Origin: Bispira polyomma
Taxonomy: Eukaryota
Direction: 5' to 3'
Assembly (NCBI GenBank): GCA_965649765.1
Contig: OZ287758.1
Coordinates: 19,034,001-19,098,000, forward strand
DNA length: 64,000 nt
The notes beneath the pieces are model-generated. The model was not told the DNA's origin. It did not search any database and worked only from the letters and a program-made list of their open reading frames with translations. Positions 49,198 to 60,709 of this stretch are shown here, one piece after another; positions within the stretch are counted from its first letter, which is position 1; the number at the start of each line of letters is the position of its first letter. The position numbers and the translations under genes were made by a program.

Positions 49198-50237
49198 CGA
49201 GAGCCGTGAGCGATTATAGAAGTTAGATTCTGTCCCTGACAATGCTTTCTGGTAGCAAATCTCTTGTTTTGGAATTTAAATTTTTTTTTTTTAAAAATGA
49301 AAATGAGGACGAAAACGTAAACAGTATCTCTGATATTTCTAATATTTTGTATCATTGCCTACTTCAGACTGACCCTGTAGTGACTGTGTCCTTGTCAATT
49401 TCGACCGCTATATTATAGTGACTAGTTCACTATTTTCACACTCGTCAGTAACTTTCTCTGTGGTGACATTGTCATGATATGACCGCCAAGCCATTCTCTT
49501 CTTGTTTTCTACTTTGGAACGAATTATGGGTTTAGATAAGTACTAGTTTGTGATTTAATGTGCTATTTTGAAGAAATTAAGATGATTTCGGATTTAATAC
49601 ATGGCTTTTTTACAACAAAAACAGGGGGGGGGGGGGGGTCGATCTCCTATCTTCTTCTGTACTCCCGATAGCCATATTTTATTTACAATGCAGGGTTGCC
49701 TAGGAACGAGTTTGGGTGCATTTTGGTTTGCTACCCTCATCATAGCAAAAGTTGATCTTTTCGTGGTCGTCTTCATATCTTTGCAGAACTAGAACTTCAT
49801 CAGAGATCAAGTCGGCGACTCCTTTTTGCCTTCAAGCCCCTGTTTCTGAAGCCATAGAAGGAATATTGGGCCCATTTTGTGGAGGTGTAGCATTGGAATT
49901 CTTCACGGCTGGCATTGAATACACTCACCAGGACACCTGTGGAGAGCCATGTAGAGAAGAAAATCCCCTAGAAGCCATGGTAGCCATAGAAGAAGTCTAC
50001 ATCTAACCATTTTTGGTGATGGTTGTTGGTCATGCCTGGCTTTTTATTCACACATCATGAGCCAGGAAGTTAATGGAGCCATGGGAATGTTACAGCTCTC
50101 TGAGGTCCACGTCTCCATTTAAAGCCATGCAAGCTCTACAACTCCATGGAGAGCCACAGCAGTTACACGACTTCATGAAGAACCACTGCTGCTCCACGAC
50201 TCCATTGACACCCAACGTTACTCCACAACTTGATGAA

Positions 50238-50445
50238 AAGCCAAGGTTGCTCCACAACTTTATGGAAAGCCTAGGTTGTTCCCTAACTTCATGAAAAACC
50301 AAGTTTGCCCCACAACTTCATGGAAAGCCTATGTTGTTCAATAATTTCATGAAAAAACAAGGTTGCTCAACAACTCATTGAGAAGCCAAGGTTGCCCCAT
50401 GAGAAGCCTTGGGAGCTCCACAATTTCTTCAGAAAGCCATATTGT
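50238..50445 (+). repeat. Degenerate 29-bp minisatellite
   Basis: AAGCCAAGGTTGCTCCACAACTTCATGGA-like units at 50238, 50267, 50296, 50325, 50354 and 50383. Confidence 0.75.
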
Positions 50446-53400
50446 TCCATATGACACCCTGGTTTGTCCTTACTTCTATTCTTTTTGATGGAAGGCATCG
50501 CAGGTCCAAAGATTCAGGAATTAATACTGGTTCTAGGAAAGACCCTGGTTTATCCTGTCACAGCCATTGATCCTCAGTCTCAGGAAGTCATGCTGGCCTT
50601 ACGAAAGACACTGTCTTGTCTTTACACAGTCTTTTAGATTTCTACAGCCTTAGAGTGAGGTACAGTTTGATGATTAGTCTTGAGGAGTTTTAGAAATTTT
50701 TCTACTTTTTGTCCAGCACGTGCAGTTTTCCTGTTCCTCCTATAGTTTTGCCAGAAAATCTTCCAAGAAACCTTCATTTTTCATCACAGGACATATAAAG
50801 TTTGGCAGAGGCACAGTTTTTTTATTGGGTTAGCCAGTACCTTGTGTCATTACACCTCTGGAGCATTTTCCTGCTCAAGATTAAGTCGTCGGTAAAATCT
50901 TAAATTTTTAGGCCACACATCTTGGTTCAGAGGGGCTTCTTTCCTCAATCTCTTCTTCACTGGACACTGGTTTACAATGTTGTAGATTTAGCATATGATC
51001 ATTTAACGGTCACATCTCCAATGAAGTTTGTGTTTCTTGTAGAGACGATAGCTTCAATGGAGAAGCAGATTACATTAGTAAGGTGTCACCCGCGGCTTTT
51101 CCAGTAGTATATAAGAAAAGACTAGAATTTTCTCCTGTTCTTGGATCTGAGGGTTCCAGTCGAGTATGTCTTGTCTTGTTGACTCGTCTTAAATGATAGA
51201 ACAATCCCCACAATATTTTAAAGGAATTTCCACTCCATCCAGAAGAACATTATGTCTTGTTGATCACGGATGCCCTAGAGAATGGGTGGGAAACTAGCAT
51301 AGAAACCATCAGTGTAAGTGGTCCATGGAGATCCTCAAATGCACATCATCACATAAATCTGTTGGAAGATAAAGGCTGTGTTGGTTTTGAGGTTATTATT
51401 CTTGTTTTTCTCAGACAACACCACGGTGGTGTCTGATACATTCCATGGAATTCGGTAGTTTCAATTATGGCTAACATGGAGAAGAAATACCTTTGTCAAG
51501 GCGTCACCTCAGGCCATCCCAATGGTATCTCCTATGGTTATGGAACTATCACCAGTCTCTTGATCTGGGGATTCCAGTGGATTCCACTTTCTTCTTTTAT
51601 CTGAAATGGTGTAACAATTGCTAGTATGTTTGAATGGTTCATCTCTGTACCCGAAACATGTGTTGCTCTTCACAGCTTCCTCAGAGGGGGTATAGCGAAC
51701 TCGCATGAACATTCTTAGTGTAAGTGTTCTGTAGATTCCTTCATTAACACATATTCATTTTTATTAGAAATGAAAGCTGTTTCACTAACAGAGGCTACAT
51801 GTCACAGTGCTGTCTTATCTGATCATGTTAGGTGGAAGGTGTTAGGTGGAGAGTTAGAGCATGGACAAAATCCAATGTTTTTTGTCTTCATACATGCAGG
51901 GTCGTACCCAGGTAAGTGGTGTTCAAATGTTCTGGTTGGCTCCCTATCCAGGAGGTACAAGGACATTCAGAGTGTTCACTCCACTATCACGAGTTCACTG
52001 CAATCTGCAAAGGTTGGCATAGTTCACACATACACAGATTTGCAAGCATGCTGATAAGCTTCCTCTGTGCGTTTTAGTCAAGCTTGTCACTCACAATTGC
52101 CAGATATTTTTTGGGGCTCCAGGATGGCCATGGATTCCATGGTTCAGAATTCTAATAGATCATTCACCAGGGTTCTACTACTGTTGAGTCAGCTTCAACA
52201 GTTTTCACAACAGTCTGGATTTCCTGAACATTTGTGTAGTATTTCAAGTCAGACCACAATATTCGTGTTTTTCACAATCACGTGTTTTTCCAAGCACTGA
52301 CTGTTGTCTAAGTTACAAAATCTTTTGTTTAGTTTTGTTTCACACAAGGATTGAAAAATGGCCACAAGGTAATATTTTTGAGGCTTTTGGAAAGCTTTAA
52401 CAGAGAACTATTCCGTCTGGATGGTTTTAGTTTAGGCAGACGAAGGAATGAGATTCTCATTCTTCTCTCAGTTTTAACTTTTGGTCTCAAATTACTTTTC
52501 AACCGTATTTTTGTCAAAGAATCAGTAGCCTGATACCCTTTGACCAGCCCTTTAGACATCTCTTAACAAGCTTTACTTTTGAGGATGTCTCTTTGTGTAC
52601 TGTTAGAGTTCTTATGTTTTCTCTAGGTGGAACTAATGACTTCTGGACAGTTTCTTAAATCTTTTGCTTGCTTCCATGAACAGAATCACTCAAAAGATAT
52701 TTATTATGCTTATATTTCCTTCTGAATATTTTGATCAGGAGGTGCAATAAGTCTCTCAAGATAGGGCCTATGATATGAGGGCCTATTCCTTGTTCTTTGG
52801 AGGGTTTTGTCTTTTTATCAAGTTTTGGAAGCTTGTTTCTCAAGTTTCTTGCCACTTTCTTTTATTCTGTCTTAAACTTGTTCCTCTGGAATATCAGGGC
52901 ATTTTTAAGTTGGGAACTATTGTATCTGCTCAGTCTATTGTTTACAATAGTGGCTTGTTCATGATGTCTTAGTTCCTTACGAGTTTGTAACAGAGCTGTA
53001 TATGCATCTGTTATTAGCAGTATGCTGTAGTACTGATGACAGGGTTTTAATCTCCCTGATAAGAGTACTCTAACACTTTCCTGTTGTTAGTTAGTGATGG
53101 GATTGTTGGAAGTTTCCATGTTCTTCCATCAGCCATCATATTATGTTTGGTGAGTAAATATGATGGAATTTCACATATATTTACAATGTTTAGTTTTGTG
53201 TAATGCATTATAATTCTTTATGTATTCAAATGTTCTTTGTAGTATATTTATATATGTCTTTGGCATGGGTTTTTCTTATGTACTGGATGGGTTCCAATAT
53301 CTATTTGCTCATAGGTAATGTTTTCCTATTCCTTTTCCTGGACCGGAGATGGCCTCAAAGTTGGAGGGAAACCAGTTTAGGGTTGAAGCCAGTAATGGAA

Positions 53401-53729
53401 CAGATTTAGAGTTTGTGCACATTTGGGCATTTATTCTTAAATATATATTCATTAGTACATTAGTAATATTACAACATCAAGCTACGTTATTTACAGTTTC
53501 AAGTTTACTTTAAGGTCACCTCAACCTTATCTGAGCATAAAATTTGTAAGTAGGGTGACCTTAACTTAAGTTTAAGGCGGGTGTTTTTCCTTCTTAAATG
53601 TCACCTTTATAACGTTATTTAAATAAATATAAGGTTACCTTAAGAGTAACTTGTTTTAAGGTAAACTTAAGGTTTTTATATTTATACAAAGTGTAATAAT
53701 ACTGTTAAACTATGTGTAAAACTACATAT

Positions 53730-53733
<4 letters not shown>

Positions 53734-53782
<49 letters not shown>
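53734..53782. repeat. (TA)n microsatellite
   Basis: About 24 TA units replacing the YR C-terminus of element 5. Confidence 0.95.
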
Positions 53783-53784
<2 letters not shown>

Positions 53785-54135
53785 AGCCAACATGAGCCAT
53801 TATCGACTGAAACTCAACATTGTTATCAAAGGCCAGGGTGGCCCTCGACCTACGAAAAGCATGAAATGTAAATAAAGGAGGATTTAGTAACAATTTTACA
53901 ATAATTTCCCTTAATGTGCATCTTGCTTTTATAAGCAGTGAGGGGTATTGGCTGGTTGCCCAGTTTACACATGAATACCCAGTTTACACATGGATATCAG
54001 TGAATTAATACAGTTATTATTTATTCTAAACATTTTTCTGAGGACAGAAACAGGGCAAAGCTCCGAACAGCCCAAAGAGGGAATCTGGACCACATGATAC
54101 TGGTTGTATTTCTGCAAATTTTTGACTTTGACTTG

Positions 54136-54316
54136 TACCGGTGACCTTAATACATAAGCTCACCACCTCATGTACATTAGTAGTAAATGTTGTATGTTGT
54201 AACCTATTAACATTGGATGTTAGATGATGTAAAAAGTGCCCAAAGTGCTATACGACTGTGTTTTATGTATCATTCTCATATCACTTTTGCCCTTGTCTAA
54301 GGTGGCCCGTGCACTG
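54136..54316 (+). mobile_element. 181-bp mini-element equal to the 3' terminus of the element-4 family, inserted into the YR gene of element 5
   Basis: Closely matches the reverse complement of 39360-39536; ends GGCCCGTGCACTG. Confidence 0.85.
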
Positions 54317-56879
54317 GACCCCAGGTGGGTCCCACACAAAGTCCTTACTGGTAAGATGTCGCTCTGTGTCAAATTGGGACACACTTAAAGGTACTAAATT
54401 GGACAATCTAAAAAACCCAAAGAGGGCTGTTAAAAACAAAGCCTTATACATGTAAGAATGTGAGACGCCTTTACACTGATAAACAATAGCCCTAAGTATT
54501 GGGAGGGTGATTATCCCTTTAAGCTGTGGGGTGTAAGGGGTTAAGAGAGTTGGAGATTTTATGAAGAGTCTAATCTGGGGGTGAGTAAATGCTCCGCATG
54601 GATAGTCCCACAAGTGGAGCTGATGCTTTATAGCAGACATATAGTTCTGAATTGAGAGGGGCTTGAGCCCCTGCTGAGCTAAATACGGAGCATACATTTA
54701 AGTGACATGATACTTGTATTCCCCATGAATATAGAGAAAGCTAACAAAAGCCTAACACACTTACTATATGCTTGATTTGTTTTCGGTCTCGGGAGAACCT
54801 AAAATAAAAGAAATCTACAAATGCGATGGGATCACCTTGTCTACAACCCCTTTCTATATTTATAAACTTGGTAGTTATCCCACATTGCATCACTGTTGCT
54901 TTGACGTTTTTATTGAATGTTCCTTCCTATGGGCGGCTTGTGCTTTCGAAGACACGTAACACGATTAAAGACTGGCATGACTAGAGTATAGGAGAGGTTA
55001 AAATACTTAAAAAAAACAACTTAAAATAAAAGCACATAGACTGGAGAATTTAGTGGGGGCTGTCTTTTATAGAGAGACGAGCCATCCCATAATAGTAGCA
55101 GTCTGGTCCTCTGGAAATGACCCTGTTAACGCCAAGGCGCTACCTTGCACATTTTCCACCGTTGTTGAACCGTCCATACCATTTTGTCCATATTTTCAAA
55201 CGTACATTAGCAGTTTACGCCCAATCTCGCCCATTCATGACCCGTTGTCACCAGTACATACCAGTTTGCAAACCATTCTCCCACTCTCTAACGGTTTTAT
55301 CCCTATTTGTTTACGTTCTGCTTAAGGTTTTAGCAACGTAAACGCAAAAAAAACGATCCCCGATAACCACGTTATGTGTGCTTGAGCTTCTCAGAAACTG
55401 CACAATTTTTTCTTGGTGGCCTTAAATTCGATTTATAGATAACATATTTACATTTTCATGAGTAGAAATAATAAAGAATGACATATATTTTAATTATACT
55501 AATTCATATATTTTTCGTATCATTTTAAGTGGTATCTTGAGACATAAATACATATAGCAGTGTGCAATATTGTAACTAAAATGGGTAATATTTTCAAAGT
55601 ACATGCTTCACAAACGTGACACAATTCATATACCAAGAAGGGATCAATACTGAAGTATTGTACATGCATGACTAGAAAACTGAAAACATCAGCAATATTT
55701 TGAATAAATTTGTTTTTTAAAAAAAAGTACAACAACGGGGATCATTTTAGAAAAACTTCAAAGTTACACTCTTCTAAATAGAAAGATACTTTCTATTCTT
55801 TGTTTATATAACATAAGGAGACATAAATAAAAATGTAATTCATTCAAAACAATATACACATTTTTTAAAGTTGTGTAGCCTATATAATATCTTTATATAT
55901 GCTGTATCAATAATCGTATTGTGTCACAATAGAAAGGGCTCTCTGCGAGAAATGTTTACAAATATGACGTTCTATATAGAATTTGAAACTGTGTGACGTC
56001 ACAATACACGAATCCTCGTTTGGGTGTTTTTATGGTTTTATAGCAAAGTATTGAAGTTTTAAATTGTCTGCACATATAAAAATAGTTAAAAATTTATCTA
56101 AAGTGTCCTTTTAAAGCCATCATAGTTGTGATACAGAGTAGAAATGGCCATTCGTAAAACATCATACTTTATCCCCGACGTGTTTTTGTGTTTACGTTAC
56201 TAACGCCTTAAAAGGTAACCTAATTATCATAGCATCCTTTCCAGTTTGCGCACATCTATAAACAAGAATGCAGTGACCGCTAGCAGTCACAAATCAAGAA
56301 TTCATCAAGATAACGAAACAACAGATAAAAATGAGTTATCACCTCCTAGGTTAAAATTACAGCTAGCTATTGTTTTTCTTTGTATAAAGCCGCTGTCACA
56401 CTATGCCGACCGATCGGAATGAGACCCCAATAATGCAATCGGGAGCAATCTTTAGCATTTTGCTCCGATTTTAGAAAAATAGGCAGGAAATTTTATGTCT
56501 TACGACTATAATTGTAATGGTTCCCGAGTCTTACGATAGGTCGGGAGTAAGGCCCGATAAAACGGGACAGATCGAGAATTTTACCAAAAAAATCCTCTTG
56601 ACAAAAATAAGTCAGGGCGATCATAAAGATTGGTCGTTGTCATCCCCGATAGGTCGTTATCATCCCTGATAGGTTGGTACCTTGATCTCGATAGGTCGGT
56701 ACCTTGATCCCAATTACTCGCTACCTCAAAGACATAGATCTTGCAATTTTGCAATCGGGAGATGTACGGAACCGCTATAAAACCCTATATATAGGAAGAA
56801 AATCCACAAAATCCAGACAGTTTTTATTGAAACACAACCTGGTACCGCAAGGCACTCCCACCTGGACTGAAGATTGCAA

Positions 56880-57799
56880 TAAGTTTTAGACATTTGGCAA
56901 CTGGGGAGTCGTACACCTTACTTCAGTACGCATTCCGGGTGGGAAGGTCAACCATCACCCCGTTTGTTCCCGAGGTTTGCCAGGCAATCATCGACGAATT
57001 TCAGGATGAATTCCTCTGCTGTCCCACCACCCCAAAGGACTGGAAGAAGGTCGCAGCTGTATACAGAGACAACTGGCAAGTCCCCAATGCCCTGGGGGCC
57101 ATAGATGGCAAACACATAGCAATGAGATGTCAAAGAAAGGGGGGGGCGTGAGTTCTACAACTACAAGGGATTCCACTCCATCGTTATGCTGGCCCTGGTG
57201 GATGGTGATTACCGCTTCATGGACCTGGGTTAGGTGGACCTGGGTTCCAGTGGCTCCTGGTCTGATTCACAGATTTTAAACCAATCTGAATTGAAGGAAA
57301 AGATTAAGGACCAGTCTATCAACTTCCCCCACCTAAACCCATAAGCCCTGGTAGGCCCCCACCCCCTACTTCATCATGGTAGATGACACATTTGCCTTAA
57401 AGACCTGGATGATGAAACCCTTCTCCAGACGAGGCCAATCAATGAATGTTTAACTACAGGAAATCCCAGTGCAAAAGGGTGGTGGAGAATGCTTTTGGTA
57501 TATTAGTGGCTAGGTTTAGACTTTTCCTCTCGACGATGCAGCAGGAACCACCTGTAGTAGCCACCTTAACCCTAGCCGGTGTAGTCCTCCACAATATGCT
57601 CAGAAGTGAAATTATCAACCATGGAGGAGACCGCCCAAACCCAGCAGACCCCCCTGTTCCACAGGTTGCACTGATTAGAAATCAACACAACCCAGCCAAC
57701 ATCAGAAATCCTAGCTCAGTAACCAAGGAACAGAGAGACATCCTGATGGACTACTTCATGAACGAGGAGGCAGTGCCATGGCAGAATGACCGTGTTTAA
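56880..57799 (+). pseudogene. Harbinger DDE transposase, frameshifted and 5' truncated
   Basis: LATGESY..FRVGRST, GAIDGKH, YNYKGFHS, FNYR..RVVENAFGIL..RFR, VPWQ. Confidence 0.9.
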
Positions 57800-58290
57800 A
57801 GCCTGCCCTGAGCCTGAGGCAGAAAAAAACAATCAGCCATTTTAAGGGCCACCCAAAACATCCAAGAACATGTTCTGAACTTTTGTTACAAAATAAAATC
57901 AAACCCATGCCCCTCATGACAAAATAAACATTGGCCCCACACAAAAGATCCACCATACAGAGACAAAGAAAAAAACATTATTACCCCCCTTACATACTTA
58001 ATAAAATGAAATTCATAACTGTCCAAACCCTAGTAAGAACTTGTAAAATCCAATCTTAAACCCCTTTAAGTAGAACTCTCCCCTTTATTTTTAAAACCAA
58101 GAAAAAAAATAATGGTGAAACCCCCTTGTATAGAAGACTGTCAAATTATTTCCTTTTTTTTGGACAGTATAAAAATAAATTTCTCAGTTCTTTAAACTCT
58201 GTAAACTGCTTCAAGTAGAACTCTTAAAGGGACATTGTCTTTAAAAAATTTTACTAAAATGGGTTTTCAAATTTAAAGGGATTTTTTGTG

Positions 58291-58402
58291 GAAGGGCTTT
58301 ATATTATAAAGGGGATTACATTTGGAAGGGCTTCATATGATAAAGGGGATTATATTTAGAATGGCTTCATATTATAAAGGGGATTATATTTAAAAGGGCT
58401 TT
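58291..58402 (+). repeat. 3+ x 34-bp tandem repeat
   Basis: GAAGGGCTTTATATTATAAAGGGGATTACATTTG-like units at 58291, 58325 and 58359. Confidence 0.85.
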
Positions 58403-58528
58403 TGTATGTTTGAAAGTTTAGAAATTATTTTCATTTTTGGGTGTGGGAGCAAGTGTATTTTGTTTTGTGTATGAGTGAGACAAGTTATCTGTGGGGCCAG
58501 TACGCTTCTTGTAGTGAGGGTTTTTTCT

Positions 58529-59370
58529 TTATTTAGCAAACAGCTTTAGATAATGTTTTTGAAACAAAAGGATACCACTTGGTGGCTCTGCTGAATACCA
58601 CTGGTCCTGGGCAACAATGGTAATGTTTGCCTTGTAATCACATGTGGCACGGGCTGTGGCTGTGGAGGAAGCTGTGGTCTTGGTTGTTGCTGTTGTGGTG
58701 GTTGTTGTTGATAGATATAGTGTCCCTGCTGTGGTGGTTGAGGTATAAAAGCTGGAAGTCCCATCTGGTAGGGGGGAAGACTGTTGCTGTGGCTGAAAAG
58801 CTGATGTTGGAGCTAATGGACCTGCTGCCTTTTCCTGGAGTGTGGTTACTAGGTTGAGGGACTCCCTCTTGAACAGCAGGAAGGAAAGTTCTAGCAGTTT
58901 CTCCGTCTCCTTGCTCAACCAGTTCATATAGACTGCTCTAGCTCCCTCATCTTTGGATTTCTTTGCCTCCATCAGGATCCCAGTAATAGTCTCCTGCATA
59001 TTCCCAATGGAATCTTCAGAAAGTTCCTTCAGGAAGTCCACCACAGCCTCCTCCTGCTCATCGGTTAACAACATAGTCTTCATCTTCCCCTTCTTCTGTC
59101 TCTTACTGAAGGCGGCCACCTCACTGTCCGGGGTACCCCTACTATGCTGGATATCTTGAGTATCATGGGTCTCCTGGGTGTACTCCATTTCCACTACATT
59201 TAGAGTAGGCCGGTTCAACTGTTGCAAAAATTGTGGGACATCAGGTGACTGCTGTGTTTCTGGTATAATCCCCTCATCATCTGTATCCCTCCCTTCAAAC
59301 TCCCTCCCTCCTCCTGTCTTTGTTGTACCTTCCTTTTCTTTGTAACTCTCCTTTTTCCTGGCATATTTTT
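58529..59370 (-). pseudogene. Harbinger MADF-like partner remnant
   Basis: LTDEQEEAVVDFLKE followed by a deletion, then an acidic/Q-rich tail; convergent with the transposase. Confidence 0.55.
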
Positions 59371-59683
59371 TTGACTAGTCTCACTTATTCTTTATAAGAA
59401 AAAAATAGAAGCCTGTTGTAATCATATAACATAAAAATTGCAAGTTGTGAGGCAGGGCCCCAGCTCTGGCGCTCTCAGTTCTGGGGGACCAGTCTTAGTC
59501 TTCACGATTCAGTGCTTGCGGGCTGGATATAAGGCAGCTTCATTCAAACGTCCTGCCATTTATAACAATAGTGTTCACAGAATAACAACTTTGGAACGGA
59601 CATCTTGGAAATTCAAGTTTATGTTTCAGATTTTCTTTCTGTTTTTAGTCTTTTAGTGTATTTTATCAGTTTTAAACTTTACA

Positions 59684-60709
59684 ATGCCTCCCGTGTATCA
59701 TTGTTCGAGGTGTCAAGAGAAGCATGAGAGGCCAGTTGGCAATGCTTGTACTCTGGAAGCCGTGTCTGTGGAAGCCACTGCTAGCGCTGTCTCTGCTGAG
59801 GATTCATCCACTCCCGCTTCAAATTCGGGTTCAGATATTGTTTCTAGTCAAATTTTACTGCAACTGCAATCCATGGCCCAGATGATGGAACGCATGGACC
59901 AGAGAGTTCAGCAGACAGAAGCAGCGCTGGCGGCGGACGTCCATAACAAGAATCAGGCTAGTATTGTTTCAAATTCTGTTGTTAACAGTAGTTCTGTGAG
60001 CACTGATACCAGTGAAGTTTTATCCACTGAAATTGTAGTTCCGAATATAGAATTTTTACGGAAGAACAGTCAAATTCAAAGCCAGGTTGAATTAAGGCTG
60101 GCGGAGTTAAAACAGCTAAATGAAAACCCACAGCAAGGTAAACTAAAGTCACAAAGGGGAGGGGGCGTTGATATATTGGTCAAGTACGTCGTAGAATGGC
60201 CCCAAAACCACGTTTTGACTGGTAGTTGTAAATCAAGGCCCACATATGATGACTTATCAGTCAACCAATGGGTATGTGGTTTGACGCGCATTATCCAGGA
60301 AGAAAAGTCGAATGAGATTAGGGAAATTATGCTAGATTATATGGCTAATCTGATGGAAGATGCAGAGGATTTCTCGTGGGAGTCGGCAAAAGCTTGCCAT
60401 GCGGTTGTGCTTACCCACATGGAAATGGGGAAGGTTAAATGGTCAGAGGCCGAGAAGCTTGACAGATTCAGAAGGGCTCATGCCCAGAGACATATTGCTA
60501 GCAATCATTCTGGTAGTAATAATCGTGGTTCGAATAAAACACAGGCTTCGGGTAAGCAGTCCACAGCGAACTGCAAGTTTTTCCAGGATGGTTCGTGTAA
60601 GTTTCCCAACAGTCACAAAACGGCCAATACCTACTTCAGGCATGTTTGCGAAATATGTGGGGGGTCACACAAATCCACTGCATGTAGCAAGAAGAGTCTA
60701 AAAAACTGA
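59684..60709 (+). CDS. Gag-like ORF1 of YR element 3
   Basis: Intact 341-aa ORF, near-identical to 42658-43683. Confidence 0.88.
   Translation: MPPVYHCSRCQEKHERPVGNACTLEAVSVEATASAVSAEDSSTPASNSGSDIVSSQILLQLQSMAQMMERMDQRVQQTEAALAADVHNKNQASIVSNSVVNSSSVSTDTSEVLSTEIVVPNIEFLRKNSQIQSQVELRLAELKQLNENPQQGKLKSQRGGGVDILVKYVVEWPQNHVLTGSCKSRPTYDDLSVNQWVCGLTRIIQEEKSNEIREIMLDYMANLMEDAEDFSWESAKACHAVVLTHMEMGKVKWSEAEKLDRFRRAHAQRHIASNHSGSNNRGSNKTQASGKQSTANCKFFQDGSCKFPNSHKTANTYFRHVCEICGGSHKSTACSKKSLKN

Larger units (their letters stand above)
53420..55151 (-). mobile_element. Ngaro-like YR retrotransposon, element 5 (internally deleted)
   Basis: Minus strand: TGT start at 55151, GGACCAGACT, TATAAAA, gag start MPVFNRVTCLRKHKPPIG (ATG 54978), YR RPKTNQAY..FFRLSN..HAFRR, 3' palindrome array and AATAAA. 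3' end approximate. Confidence 0.8.
56388..59445 (+). mobile_element. PIF/Harbinger transposon, interrupted by YR element 3
   Basis: TAA + AGCCGCTGTCACAC left terminus, 20-bp subterminal repeats at 56630-56710, transposase on +, MADF-like partner on -. Confidence 0.75.

Noticed and set aside
53031-53070. Hammerhead ribozyme (CTGATGA + stem)
   Set aside because: The required GAAA after stem II is absent.
49790-53300. Possible highly degraded LTR-retrotransposon (gag/protease) remnant on the minus strand
   Set aside because: Coding-like composition and faint Cys-knuckle and LLDGVEIPLK hints only. No recognisable RT, integrase or LTR pair.
54799-54815. Strong splice acceptor ahead of the element-5 YR
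   Set aside because: The pyrimidine tract may belong to the adjacent LINE filler (F-I-L codons), so it was not counted as support for splicing.
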